Source of the DNA: a virus
Lineage: Duplodnaviria > Caudoviricetes
Length of the DNA: 27,648 nt
Virus record (IMG/VR): IMGVR_UViG_3300032225_000536
Coordinates: 1-27,648 of that record
Strand: one strand, 5' to 3'
Made by a program: the position numbers and the translations under genes. The notes under the pieces were generated by a model. It did not search any database. It had not been told where the DNA came from and worked only from the letters and a program-made list of their open reading frames with translations. This document shows positions 19,735-27,648 of this stretch, one piece after another. Each line of letters starts with the position of its first letter. The first letter of the stretch is position 1.

Positions 19735-22085
19735 TACATTCTACTCCTTTGTCCATTTTCTGCCATAGCATCTCTAACCATTTGTGTTACCATGCTACGG
19801 CGTTGTACTAGTAATTCATCAAAGCCTACAGCGTCATTAGCCTGGATATTAAAGTTGATGTTGACTGGATTACCATTATTCTTTAGATCGCTATTAGGTA
19901 CTATTGTACCACTGCCTGCTGGCACAAACATCTCAGGACCTTTTTCACCAACAATGTATGGAGTGTTTGACATAACACTACCACCTAGTGCTTTACCACT
20001 ATAACTTTGACTTTGGATTGCGGCTACCTGTGCCATACCAGCGGCAATAGCACCTGCTACATAGATAAACGACAATGGAGGTCCTGGTGGAAATGCAATT
20101 GCCTCAGCGGCTGCTTGATAAGTTGATATAACAGCCTGTGCTGTAGCCAATGCTTTGTGTGCTTCAAATGCCTTACGGTTTTGTGCTGACATTGAAGCCA
20201 TTACATTATCAATGGCTCCTAGCATGCCCTGGAATCCAGCAACACCACCAGACTGTATCATTTGAACATTCTTCATTTGATCTTTTACAGCGGTAATTAT
20301 TGCATCATTGGTTACACCAGCAAGTTTTAATCTTGCATCAGCAATTTTTTGATCTAAGGCTAATTCGCTTTCTAATACTTGTTTGTCTAATAATATTTTA
20401 GCATTGGCATAATCTTGATCACTAATCAATTTCATTTGATTAAGTTGTTTAATAATGTCAACCTGTTTCAAATAATCAACATCAATGCCACGAGGCGTAT
20501 TTTGAATAGTTTGTGCGCCTATTGTTTGTATTTCACTGTGTGTTGGAGTTGTACGGAATAAATCTCTTAATTTAGTTTGAGTCTCTATTTCTTGTGTTTG
20601 TCTTAATAAAGCAATGAATTGTTTGTCATAAAGATCTACAGTTTCTCGAGAATATTGCATTTGAAATTTATGATATTCTGCTGTTAATCTTGCTGTATCA
20701 GCATTACCAATACCTGCAATAATTTTCTTAGATTCTAAATCTCTTAATTCAGTTTGGATAGAAACATTTTCTTCTCCAAGTATTTTATTACGGGTAGCCG
20801 CGGCAATTTGTTGTTCTTGTTGTTTGCTTAATGTTTCGCCACTATTAATATATTTGGCACGTTCAACAAGTATGGCTTTTTCAATTTCAAGTTGGATTGA
20901 TTTTGCACCACGACTTTTCATGTCTATAAGTGCTTTAGCGTTTTCAGTTTCTAATTGTCTTGTCAATGCTTTGTCTAATTGCAATGCGGCTTCATTGCGT
21001 TGATGAGTAGTGACCAAAGCATCTTTGGCCGCTATATTTTGTTTCTGCATTGCGGCCGCGATGTCTTCATTGATCTTAACAGTATCTTTGCTTAAGGTAT
21101 AATTGAATCCGAATGTATCAGCAAGTGTTTTAGCACCATTGTCTAATGCCGCTACAAAACTATCCCATGATGCACCAGCGGCTACCATAAAATTAATTAA
21201 TTTTTGTAAGGCAAAACCTATAGCGGCTATAGCGGCAACAATAGCGGCGCCAGTGGCAATAAAACCACTCATTGCTACCAATACAGGAGCAAAGATTATG
21301 GCCAATGCGCCCAATGCGGCAATTAGAATACCCACTATATTGTTACCAACAAACTCAATGGCTACGCCTAAGGCACTTGTTACACCAGTTAACTTATCGA
21401 AGTTATTCATGGCTTCAAGACTTTTTGTCTTAAAGTTTTCCATGCGTTGACCTAATGTTAGACTTGTTTCAGCAAATTTCTTACCAACATCGTCTGCGGC
21501 TAATAATGCTTTAGCAACTACCTCAGCACTTAGGCGACCTTCTTGCGACATCATGCGCAATTCTGTTGAAGTTACTCCTAATTGTTTTTGTAGGACTTTT
21601 AGGAATACGCTGTTGTTTTCTAATTGAGCACGATAGTCATTACCCATCAAGGTACCATTGCTCATGGCCTGACTGAAGTTATACAAACTTGATCTAGCAC
21701 CTTCAGCACTAGCACCACTTAGAACTAGTGTTTGGTTAAATCTTTCTACAACTGTGGCCAAAGCACCTGTGCTGGATCCAGCAAACACACTACTGTTGCT
21801 CATCTTTTGGAACAAGTCTACAGTACCAGCAAGACTTTGTCCTGTGCGTAGGGCAACGCCAGTCAATAGATCAAAACTGGCGTTGGCTTGTTCAGTTGAA
21901 TCACTAACTGTTTTTAATTTCTGGTTGAGATTGGTAACTTCATTGGCAAGATCAAATAAGTCTTTGGCAACCTTACTACCAATGGTGATTGCAGCCAAAG
22001 TCTTGAGACTATTTTGTAAATTACCAAGGGAGCGTTCGGCATCGCGACTATCAACCGTGACTTTTATCTGTGCTTCTTGTGTCAT
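19734..22085 (-). CDS. Tape measure protein
   Basis: 783 aa, Ala-rich and helical; tape-measure domain (SLYNFSQAMSNGTLMGNDYR, LRMMSQEGRLS); hydrophobic segments; C-terminal ALGGSV...YIVGEKGPEMFVP. Confidence 0.95.
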   Translation of the reverse strand: MTQEAQIKVTVDSRDAERSLGNLQNSLKTLAAITIGSKVAKDLFDLANEVTNLNQKLKTVSDSTEQANASFDLLTGVALRTGQSLAGTVDLFQKMSNSSVFAGSSTGALATVVERFNQTLVLSGASAEGARSSLYNFSQAMSNGTLMGNDYRAQLENNSVFLKVLQKQLGVTSTELRMMSQEGRLSAEVVAKALLAADDVGKKFAETSLTLGQRMENFKTKSLEAMNNFDKLTGVTSALGVAIEFVGNNIVGILIAALGALAIIFAPVLVAMSGFIATGAAIVAAIAAIGFALQKLINFMVAAGASWDSFVAALDNGAKTLADTFGFNYTLSKDTVKINEDIAAAMQKQNIAAKDALVTTHQRNEAALQLDKALTRQLETENAKALIDMKSRGAKSIQLEIEKAILVERAKYINSGETLSKQQEQQIAAATRNKILGEENVSIQTELRDLESKKIIAGIGNADTARLTAEYHKFQMQYSRETVDLYDKQFIALLRQTQEIETQTKLRDLFRTTPTHSEIQTIGAQTIQNTPRGIDVDYLKQVDIIKQLNQMKLISDQDYANAKILLDKQVLESELALDQKIADARLKLAGVTNDAIITAVKDQMKNVQMIQSGGVAGFQGMLGAIDNVMASMSAQNRKAFEAHKALATAQAVISTYQAAAEAIAFPPGPPLSFIYVAGAIAAGMAQVAAIQSQSYSGKALGGSVMSNTPYIVGEKGPEMFVPAGSGTIVPNSDLKNNGNPVNINFNIQANDAVGFDELLVQRRSMVTQMVRDAMAENGQRSRM

Positions 22086-22252
22086 TACCTACGCTCCGTT
22101 ATCTTTTTAATCTCATCAGATTCTATTTTATAAAATGCGGCCCAACCTGCAAATTCGACCACACTTATTTCAAGTATCTCACTTACTGTGCGGCCCAGAT
22201 CCTTTGCCAACCTATAGGCAAACATCAGGTCTGGGTCCGCTCTTAGTTTTTT
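22085..22252 (-). CDS. Tail assembly chaperone C-terminal extension (gpGT-like, reached by -1 frameshift)
   Basis: -1 frame after A-AAA-AAC reads LRADPDLMFAYRLAKDLGRTVSEILEISVVEFAGWAAFYKIESDEIKKITERR*, with stop overlapping the TMP ATG. Confidence 0.85.
   Translation of the reverse strand, partial: KKLRADPDLMFAYRLAKDLGRTVSEILEISVVEFAGWAAFYKIESDEIKKITERR
22190..22252 (-). promoter_or_regulatory. Programmed -1 frameshift signal (slippery heptamer plus stimulatory hairpin)
   Basis: A AAA AAC at 22252-22246; 5 nt later a long stem GCGG/CCGC, CCCAGA/TCTGGG, TTTGCC/GGCAAA (22240-22190). Confidence 0.85.
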
Positions 22253-22590
22253 TCTACTGTGTCCATGTCAAGGTCAACTTCAACGCTGTTAATTTGACCT
22301 ACAATACGAATTAAAACCTTAGGATCTACTTCATTCATCAACACAGGCTTGTCTGCTTGTGTAAACATTTTGGTACCATCTTCATTGCGACTGCGTAGGA
22401 TAATACTTTCAACTAGGGCTTCTACAGTTTTTCCCTGTTGGCTTAATTCTAAAATACGACCTTCTTCACGAAGATTTGTTACTGCTTTGAAATAGATTTT
22501 GGTTTCCCATTCTGGTACTTCAAAACTTTTCATATCTGCACTAATTTGATTGCGAAAGTGCGCTGTTGCTCGTTCTAATATCTTGCTCAT
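22243..22590 (-). CDS. Tail assembly chaperone (gpG-like)
   Basis: 115 aa, FEVPEW, DGTKMF, ends EKN* at the slippery site just upstream of TMP. Confidence 0.85.
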   Translation of the reverse strand: MSKILERATAHFRNQISADMKSFEVPEWETKIYFKAVTNLREEGRILELSQQGKTVEALVESIILRSRNEDGTKMFTQADKPVLMNEVDPKVLIRIVGQINSVEVDLDMDTVEKN

Positions 22591-22862
22591 TTGTATTTTC
22601 CTTTAATTTGAGTTAGTGTGGGTCCTATAATACCTTTAGGGGCCTGTTTGCTCCAGCCCTTTTCAAGTCGCTCAATATAAGGAACCTGGTTGTTAATGTT
22701 CGCTCCAGTTTTCGTTACTTGTTTTGTCCATGAACGGCGGGCGTTACCACTACGCACAGGAGTGTTGGCTTTGGCATCTTGATAGATATCCTCAGCCAAC
22801 TCTGCTATGAACAAGGCTAAATCATTTTTGAAATCGCCTTTAAGGGTAACGCTTATTTCCAT
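22587..22862 (-). CDS. HK97 gp10-like neck/tail completion protein
   Basis: TPVRSGNARRSW...NQVPYIERLEKGWSKQAPKG motif. Confidence 0.85.
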   Translation of the reverse strand: MEISVTLKGDFKNDLALFIAELAEDIYQDAKANTPVRSGNARRSWTKQVTKTGANINNQVPYIERLEKGWSKQAPKGIIGPTLTQIKGKYK

Positions 22863-23305
22863 TATGGATAAACTGTGTTGCCAGTTGCGTAGGTTACAGC
22901 ATCAGTTCCTTGGAAACTGATAGTTGCTTCTACCAAACCATCAAATGATGATTTAACATTGTAACCAGTAACAATAACATTGCCTGTAAAGGCCAAGTCA
23001 TTGCCTGAACTCTTATCTGTGTAGATAAAGAATTTTACTGCTACGCCATCTGCACCAACTAGGCTACCTGAGTCTGTTGGATTGTATGTAGTGTTTTCAC
23101 CTGCTGTATCCCAGTCTGCTGTATCAAACAATACATCAGCACTACCTGAAAAACTAGCAAGACCTTTAACATAGGTACGAACATCCTTACCCATGCTGGT
23201 TGTCTCAATAGTATCTGCTTTCATGTCAACTGAGAAAGTCTTTACATTTGCAACAGCCTTACCATTAACTGATAGTGCGCCGTCATTACCTGTATATGTT
23301 GCCAT
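22862..23305 (-). CDS. Tail tube (major tail) protein, copy 2
   Basis: TGNDG...ADTIETTSMG..VRTYVKGLASFSGSAD...FTGNVIVTG...DGLVEATISFQGT. Confidence 0.85.
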   Translation of the reverse strand: MATYTGNDGALSVNGKAVANVKTFSVDMKADTIETTSMGKDVRTYVKGLASFSGSADVLFDTADWDTAGENTTYNPTDSGSLVGADGVAVKFFIYTDKSSGNDLAFTGNVIVTGYNVKSSFDGLVEATISFQGTDAVTYATGNTVYP

Positions 23306-23317
23306 ATCCGTCTCCTA

Positions 23318-23740
23318 TTAGGCTGTGAATGTTACTGCGCCATCGCCCTGGAAAGAAATAGTTGCTTCTACCATTCCGTCCATGCTTGACTTAACATTGA
23401 AGCCAGTTATAATTGCGTTACCGCTAAAGTTCTTGCCTGTTGGACTACCTACTGAATCTAGATAGAAAACACAAGCGGCAGAACTATCACCTACTGCTCC
23501 GCCCGTAGCGATTAGGGTTGCAATTGATGAAGCGCCGCCTGTTAGGTTGGCTGTGTCTACTAGTACATCAGCAGAGCCTGACCATGAAGCCAATCCCTTT
23601 TTGAATGTACGGACATCAATGCCCATGCTGGTTGTTTCAATTGTATCTGCTTTGATATCGCATGAATATGTTTTTACATTTAGTACTTGTGTACCTGCAA
23701 TGGTAATCTTACCATTATTTCCTGTTAATGTTGCCATCAT
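23318..23740 (-). CDS. Tail tube (major tail) protein, copy 1
   Basis: TGNNG...ADTIETTSMG..VRTFKKGLASWSGSAD...FSGNAIITG...DGMVEATISFQGD. Confidence 0.85.
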   Translation of the reverse strand: MMATLTGNNGKITIAGTQVLNVKTYSCDIKADTIETTSMGIDVRTFKKGLASWSGSADVLVDTANLTGGASSIATLIATGGAVGDSSAACVFYLDSVGSPTGKNFSGNAIITGFNVKSSMDGMVEATISFQGDGAVTFTA

Positions 23741-23916
23741 TCGTCTCCTTGTTGTGTGATGTCATCCAAAGTTTTTGCGGTGTCTTTGGCTTTCACCGTT
23801 GCCTTGGGACGAATTGTCTCTTCCTTTGGCTGAACTGGTACCCAGCCATGGGCTGTGTATTTTGGTATTTGGTTTTGGTTAATATCTTCTACTACGCCAT
23901 CTTTAGTGTATTTCAT
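23737..23916 (-). CDS. Small hypothetical protein (59 aa), not in the ORF track
   Basis: MKYTKDGVVEDINQNQIPKYTAHGWVPVQ...QQGDE*; ATGA overlaps at both ends fill the gap exactly. Confidence 0.75.
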   Translation of the reverse strand: MKYTKDGVVEDINQNQIPKYTAHGWVPVQPKEETIRPKATVKAKDTAKTLDDITQQGDE

Positions 23917-24110
23917 TTTGCTTTCCCTTTTGGTGGTCGGGCAATAACGGGTCCAGAGTCCACAACACGAGGACTCGCCTCAGGAGATAGAATCTCCTGA
24001 GGGCCCTGATCCGCTCCCAGAACAATCCAACCTTGTGATTGCTTGTGTGCCAGTCCATGAGGACGAACACGGCGTGTTTCGCCATTTTTGATTATTGTAA
24101 TCCAATCCAT
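23913..24110 (-). CDS. Small hypothetical protein (65 aa)
   Basis: Start overlaps the upstream stop (TAATG); K-x-G...GW pattern shared with the downstream neighbour. Confidence 0.7.
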   Translation of the reverse strand: MDWITIIKNGETRRVRPHGLAHKQSQGWIVLGADQGPQEILSPEASPRVVDSGPVIARPPKGKAK

Positions 24111-24562
24111 TAACTATTACCTCTCAAATAATTGTACTTGACTTGGAATTCTAATTTGATTTCACCTAGTGGTGGTGTGCGTTTGACAACTTCAATATGG
24201 ATTAGTTGGCTATCTATAACTCCTGCTTCTTTAAGTCCTAGATAACGATCCTCATCAAGTGCTAGTTCAATACCATTAATTAATTCATTGCGTAGTCGGT
24301 CTATTTCTGTGCCGCGTACATAGCCACGGATGCCATAGACCATAGTGCCTTCACGGCGTCCTTGTCCACCCATGCCCATGGTGATAGTAGTACGATCTTC
24401 TACATCAAGTTGTACTAGGCATGCTGGAAAGTCTGTGATAGCAACACGGCTGGGCTCAAATGGCTCGCGTGTTACTAGTCGTAATTTTGGGTTACTTAGG
24501 CTTGAGATTATTTTGACAATATTCTCAGCGATCTGTTCTCTAAGGCTGAGATTATAGTTCAT
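24110..24562 (-). CDS. Tail terminator / tail completion protein
   Basis: SLREQIAENI...FPACLV...E...RNELINGIELALDED pattern; position between adaptor and tube genes. Confidence 0.75.
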   Translation of the reverse strand: MNYNLSLREQIAENIVKIISSLSNPKLRLVTREPFEPSRVAITDFPACLVQLDVEDRTTITMGMGGQGRREGTMVYGIRGYVRGTEIDRLRNELINGIELALDEDRYLGLKEAGVIDSQLIHIEVVKRTPPLGEIKLEFQVKYNYLRGNS

Positions 24563-25029
24563 CTACGGATTCTCAAGTAAGTGTCTGGAAGATGCTCATA
24601 TGGTGCGATAGTACCATCTAAGTTAATATCGTATTGTACACCTTCACGAATGGCTAGATCAATTTCGTGGTCAAAGCGTTGACGATAATATTCCATCATT
24701 ACTTGAAACTTGTCCGTTTCTGGTAAGAATTTTGTTAGTTTAGGACAGATATGATATGCCAATGCATGGTAAACTGTTGCCATTGTCCATTGATCGCCAT
24801 TAAGACGATTAGGATCCATCAGTGCCATTTGTCCTACGATGGTAATATTAACTTTAAATTGCTTAGAATATTGAGGCCACCAACGAACTGAAAGAACACG
24901 AATAACTTCTGTTTGGCTTCGCGATAGTTCAAAGTCCCAATCAAGATTGCCATAGTCTTGTATTGTTGGTTCCACTTGGAGCAAATTGTCCAAGGTCGCG
25001 AATGTATGATTTACTGTTATTGACATCAT
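24559..25029 (-). CDS. Head-tail adaptor/connector protein
   Basis: First gene after the capsid gene; helical, ATVYHALAYHICPKL, YDINLDGTI (EF-hand-like), ends RIRR. Confidence 0.7.
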   Translation of the reverse strand: MMSITVNHTFATLDNLLQVEPTIQDYGNLDWDFELSRSQTEVIRVLSVRWWPQYSKQFKVNITIVGQMALMDPNRLNGDQWTMATVYHALAYHICPKLTKFLPETDKFQVMMEYYRQRFDHEIDLAIREGVQYDINLDGTIAPYEHLPDTYLRIRR

Positions 25030-25077
25030 CAGTCCTTCTGAGATTAGTTGGCAAGTCCTTCTTGCTAGTAGTATTTA
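25029..25077 (-). promoter_or_regulatory. TAAATA box followed by two AAGGA-loop hairpins in the 5' leader
   Basis: TAAATA 25072-25077; GCAAG-AAGGA-CTTGC (25051-25065); TCAG-AAGGA-CTGA (25029-25041) covering the SD and first base of the ATG. Confidence 0.65.
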
Positions 25078-25100
25078 GCGAGGTATCTAAAAAAGCCATA

Positions 25101-25158
25101 AGAAAAGCCTAGATATTGCTATCTAGGCTTTAATTGTGATTACAGCCTTGCAATCACA
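25101..25158 (-). terminator. Intrinsic terminator after the capsid gene, preceded by a second hairpin
   Basis: AAAGCCTAGATA-GCAA-TATCTAGGCTTT plus T-rich tail (25104-25131); TGTGATTGCA-AGGC-TGTAATCACA (25135-25158). Confidence 0.8.
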
Positions 25159-25179
25159 GGAGTTAACTAATTGACTAGA

Positions 25180-26040
25180 TTAGTTAATTTGCTTGTCACA
25201 AGTGATCTTAACACCGAATGCAGTTTGGATTGCTGTAGCACCAGCAACTGCTTTCAATACTACGTCAGTAGCACGATTAGCAGGCAAGTACAATGTGTTC
25301 ATCTCTACTGAACCGCGCATTGCGTGGCCAATAGCACCTGGAACGAATACAGCGGCTGTAGAGTCTGTGCTTGATACTGGAACTAATGCTGATTCAAATA
25401 CTTGAATACCAGCAACTGTACCAATGTAGAAACCACTTAGAATTGAGTTACCAATGTCACTTGGGTTACCAACATAACCACCGTTATAGTAAGCAGGAGT
25501 TGAAAGTTGTTTCTTCAAGTTGTAAGCCGCACCTGGGTGTACAACAGCGTAGAAAGGACCCGTTAACTTGCGTGAACGTAGAGTAGCGGCTGCTGACAAT
25601 AGGTCTGCAACAACTAATTCATGACCACTACTACCTAGATCAGTTGTAAAATCAGCGAATGTTGTAAACACTTGACTGTCTAAACTTTCAGCAATAGCAC
25701 GACCTGATTGCTCACCAATTTGTGCGAACACATTTGAGTAAGCACTATCACGCAATTGATCAGTGATTTGATGGTAAACAACGTGCTCTTTCAATGTGAT
25801 TGTAGCACTTGTTGTGTTGGTTGTTTTTGCTGTAGCGGCTGATTCGTCTGTGATTAGGTCAGCACTTACTGAACTCCAAACTGGAACTTGTAAGTTCAAG
25901 CCTGTGTTTAGTGGAGCGTCAAAAACTGTGATGATTTGACGAGCGATTGACTGCTCGTAGGCTGCGAACTGAGCGGCTGTTACCAGGTTTGCATACAGTT
26001 CATTATTAATACTGGTATTATTATTTGATGGATATGACAT
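25180..26040 (-). CDS. Major capsid protein (HK97 fold)
   Basis: 286 aa after the scaffold; LQVPVW, GRAIAESLDSQVF, YAVVHPGAAYNLK, IGTVAGIQVFES; followed by a strong terminator. Confidence 0.9.
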   Translation of the reverse strand: MSYPSNNNTSINNELYANLVTAAQFAAYEQSIARQIITVFDAPLNTGLNLQVPVWSSVSADLITDESAATAKTTNTTSATITLKEHVVYHQITDQLRDSAYSNVFAQIGEQSGRAIAESLDSQVFTTFADFTTDLGSSGHELVVADLLSAAATLRSRKLTGPFYAVVHPGAAYNLKKQLSTPAYYNGGYVGNPSDIGNSILSGFYIGTVAGIQVFESALVPVSSTDSTAAVFVPGAIGHAMRGSVEMNTLYLPANRATDVVLKAVAGATAIQTAFGVKITCDKQIN

Positions 26041-26059
26041 CTTATTTTCCTTTTAAGAA

Positions 26060-26740
26060 TTATCTACTTTGTTGACTTTTCCAATTGGCATATATCTTGC
26101 GATCACTCGCCTTGCTCATGTCCAACTTGGTAATGTCAATTTGTTGAGATACTCCTGAAGATCCTACACTGCTCTTAGTCTGCGTAGTAGAGGGACCAGC
26201 GGCTACAAAATGAGGATTAGTATCTAGAAATGATTTCACTAGATCTTCTACTCCCATTGGGTCCCCGTTGTCTTTGTAACGAGTGTTACCACTGTTGTCT
26301 ACTACTTCAACTTCACCGTCTTGAGTTAGTTTGATGTTTTGTCTTAAGAGTGCTTTGACTTGTTCTGGTGCAACTGCACGGTATTTCGCGGCTGTCTCTA
26401 ATAAAGGACTATCAACACGGTATTGAGCAATGATCTGATCTCTACGAGCGATCTCTGCGTCTTTTTTAGAAGCCATCTCTTTAAGAATACTATCAAAGTC
26501 ACCTTTGCTTTTTTGGTCTTCAAACTTCTTGGATTCTAATTGAGTTTTAATACTCTTTATTTCTTCCAAGTCGCCTAGTCCTTCAAATTGCTTGAGTACT
26601 TTGCGTTCAACTGCCGCACGGGTTTTGGCCATAGCGTCATCGAATTCTTTCTGAGAATAAAACTTCTCTTGTGCCTGTCCTTCACCTTCAAGGTTCGCGT
26701 CAGTTGCGACTGTTGTTGCCGATGCTTGTTTTAGGTCCAT
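26060..26740 (-). CDS. Capsid scaffolding protein
   Basis: KFYSQKEFDDAM, charged coiled coil, FLDTNPHFV, low-complexity linker and basic C-terminus; directly upstream of the capsid gene. Confidence 0.85.
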   Translation of the reverse strand: MDLKQASATTVATDANLEGEGQAQEKFYSQKEFDDAMAKTRAAVERKVLKQFEGLGDLEEIKSIKTQLESKKFEDQKSKGDFDSILKEMASKKDAEIARRDQIIAQYRVDSPLLETAAKYRAVAPEQVKALLRQNIKLTQDGEVEVVDNSGNTRYKDNGDPMGVEDLVKSFLDTNPHFVAAGPSTTQTKSSVGSSGVSQQIDITKLDMSKASDRKIYANWKSQQSR

Positions 26741-26782
26741 CGTTGTTCCTTTGCCTCCACTAGGGAGTAGTTGTTTGTTAGA

Positions 26783-26803
26783 TATTTAGCCACCCGGCTA
26801 AAT
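26783..26803 (-). promoter_or_regulatory. TAAATA box embedded in an inverted repeat upstream of scaffold-capsid
   Basis: ATTTAGCC-GGGT-GGCTAAAT with TAAATA at 26783-26788. Confidence 0.6.
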
Positions 26804-26809
26804 TATCAC

Positions 26810-26980
26810 TTACTTATGCCCATGTTTTGCGCCTGTATGTACTCGTGAACCCGTGTATCCATTAGCATACATGGCACGCATCTGTTTCATTGCGCCTTCT
26901 TTGGTAGGATAAACATGACCATGTTGTCCAAACTTATAGCCTGTTTTTCCACCCTTCATAGTTGTTTTCATGATTGGCAT
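26810..26980 (-). CDS. Small basic phage protein (56 aa), not in the ORF track
   Basis: MPIMKTTMKGGKTGYKFGQHGHVYPTKEGAMKQMRAMYANGY...; GAGG SD; pattern resembles small basic proteins of phage head modules. Confidence 0.75.
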   Translation of the reverse strand: MPIMKTTMKGGKTGYKFGQHGHVYPTKEGAMKQMRAMYANGYTGSRVHTGAKHGHK

Positions 26981-26981
26981 A

Positions 26982-27023
26982 TTAGTACCTCTTTGGTGGT
27001 TTTACTGGTTTTTTCTTTTTCAT
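26982..27023 (-). CDS. Possible 13-aa Lys-rich peptide MKKKKPVKPPKRY
   Basis: TAATG overlap with the Dps stop; ends 1 nt before the next ATG. Confidence 0.4.
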   Translation of the reverse strand: MKKKKPVKPPKRY

Positions 27024-27517
27024 TACATTTTAACCGGCTTTGTTTCCGGCTCTCCTATTTTGTCTTCAAAGGCTTGCTCTTCTGGGCTTTCCATTGAAGC
27101 ACCTATCATCCAACAGAGTTTTTCTACTGATTGTAAGTAGTCTGCCAGGATGTTTTGTAGGCCATAACAGCGTTCTTTTTGACACATATCAAAAGCATCA
27201 TAAGCGGCCATCTTGATAGTTTCTAAGTCTGCGTATAGGATGGTAAGCATATCTGTTTCATCAGGCACCATGCTTTCATCTTTTACTTGGCTAAGTTCTT
27301 GTATGCGTGGTAGGCTAAATGGCACCACTTCATGAAGTGTGCGAATGCCTTCAGCAATGGTATCAATTTGTTCCTGTAGTTCTGTATAGACTTTTTCAAA
27401 TAATTGATGCCACATGAAGAATTCACAGTCTACAACATTGACATGGAATCCGTGTGCCTTAGTGTAGGTGGTAAAATTATTGGCCCACACTATTTTCATT
27501 TGTTCTGCTAATTTCAT
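27023..27517 (-). CDS. dps: Dps-family ferritin-like protein
   Basis: HGFHVNV...FFMWHQLFEKVY...QIDTIAEGIRTL matches the Dps signature H..HWNV.G..F..LH..FE......D.IAER. Confidence 0.85.
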   Translation of the reverse strand: MKLAEQMKIVWANNFTTYTKAHGFHVNVVDCEFFMWHQLFEKVYTELQEQIDTIAEGIRTLHEVVPFSLPRIQELSQVKDESMVPDETDMLTILYADLETIKMAAYDAFDMCQKERCYGLQNILADYLQSVEKLCWMIGASMESPEEQAFEDKIGEPETKPVKM

Positions 27518-27648
27518 CCTTGGACTCCTTGTTGTGTTATACCCATTTCAGCCTGTTGAACTTCATTTGGCGTGTTTAGTGCAACTGGTAATGGGTTTTG
27601 ATAAGTCATTGGGTCTGTTAGGTATTGGTCAAATTGTTCTTCACCAAG
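27514..27648 (-). CDS. C-terminus of an upstream gene, probably portal protein (5'-truncated)
   Basis: Open frame LGEEQFDQYLTDPM...QQGVQG* with ATGA overlap into dps; identity inferred from position only. Confidence 0.5.
   Translation of the reverse strand, partial: LGEEQFDQYLTDPMTYQNPLPVALNTPNEVQQAEMGITQQGVQG

Noticed and set aside
27015-27035. Frameshift fusing the Lys-rich peptide to Dps
   Set aside because: No X XXY YYZ heptamer, and the -1 frame has a TAA just upstream; TAATG translational coupling is simpler
13168-27097. Other short plus-strand or nested track ORFs within structural genes (e.g. 19540-20004, 21103-21450, 21754-22110, 23728-24000, 23903-24085, 25193-25586)
   Set aside because: Overlap well-supported minus-strand genes and show no recognisable motifs

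Overview
AT-rich segment of a tailed (siphovirus-type) phage genome. Almost everything is on the minus strand. Read right to left: end of a probable portal gene, Dps-like ferritin, two small basic ORFs, scaffold, major capsid, head-tail proteins, two paralogous small proteins, two paralogous tail-tube genes, a tail chaperone with a -1 frameshift, tape measure, Dit/hub, a GNAT, a 1581-aa tail tip, then a cluster of fibre, collagen, Mtd_N and LamG/propeller proteins. The last of these (>880 aa) runs off the left edge and is missing from the ORF track. A ~3.3 kb island (8.85-12.1 kb) interrupts the tail region. It holds a GT2-TPR glycosyltransferase, a ~430-nt multi-hairpin non-coding element, divergent sigma70 promoters, three small plus-strand genes (one HNH-like), and a ~175-nt candidate sRNA whose loops are complementary to Shine-Dalgarno sequences and start codons. 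Most intergenic gaps carry a T4-late-promoter-like TAAATA box, two of them 4 nt before an ATG (apparently leaderless). All product calls come from motif recognition and gene order; no database search or folding program was run.
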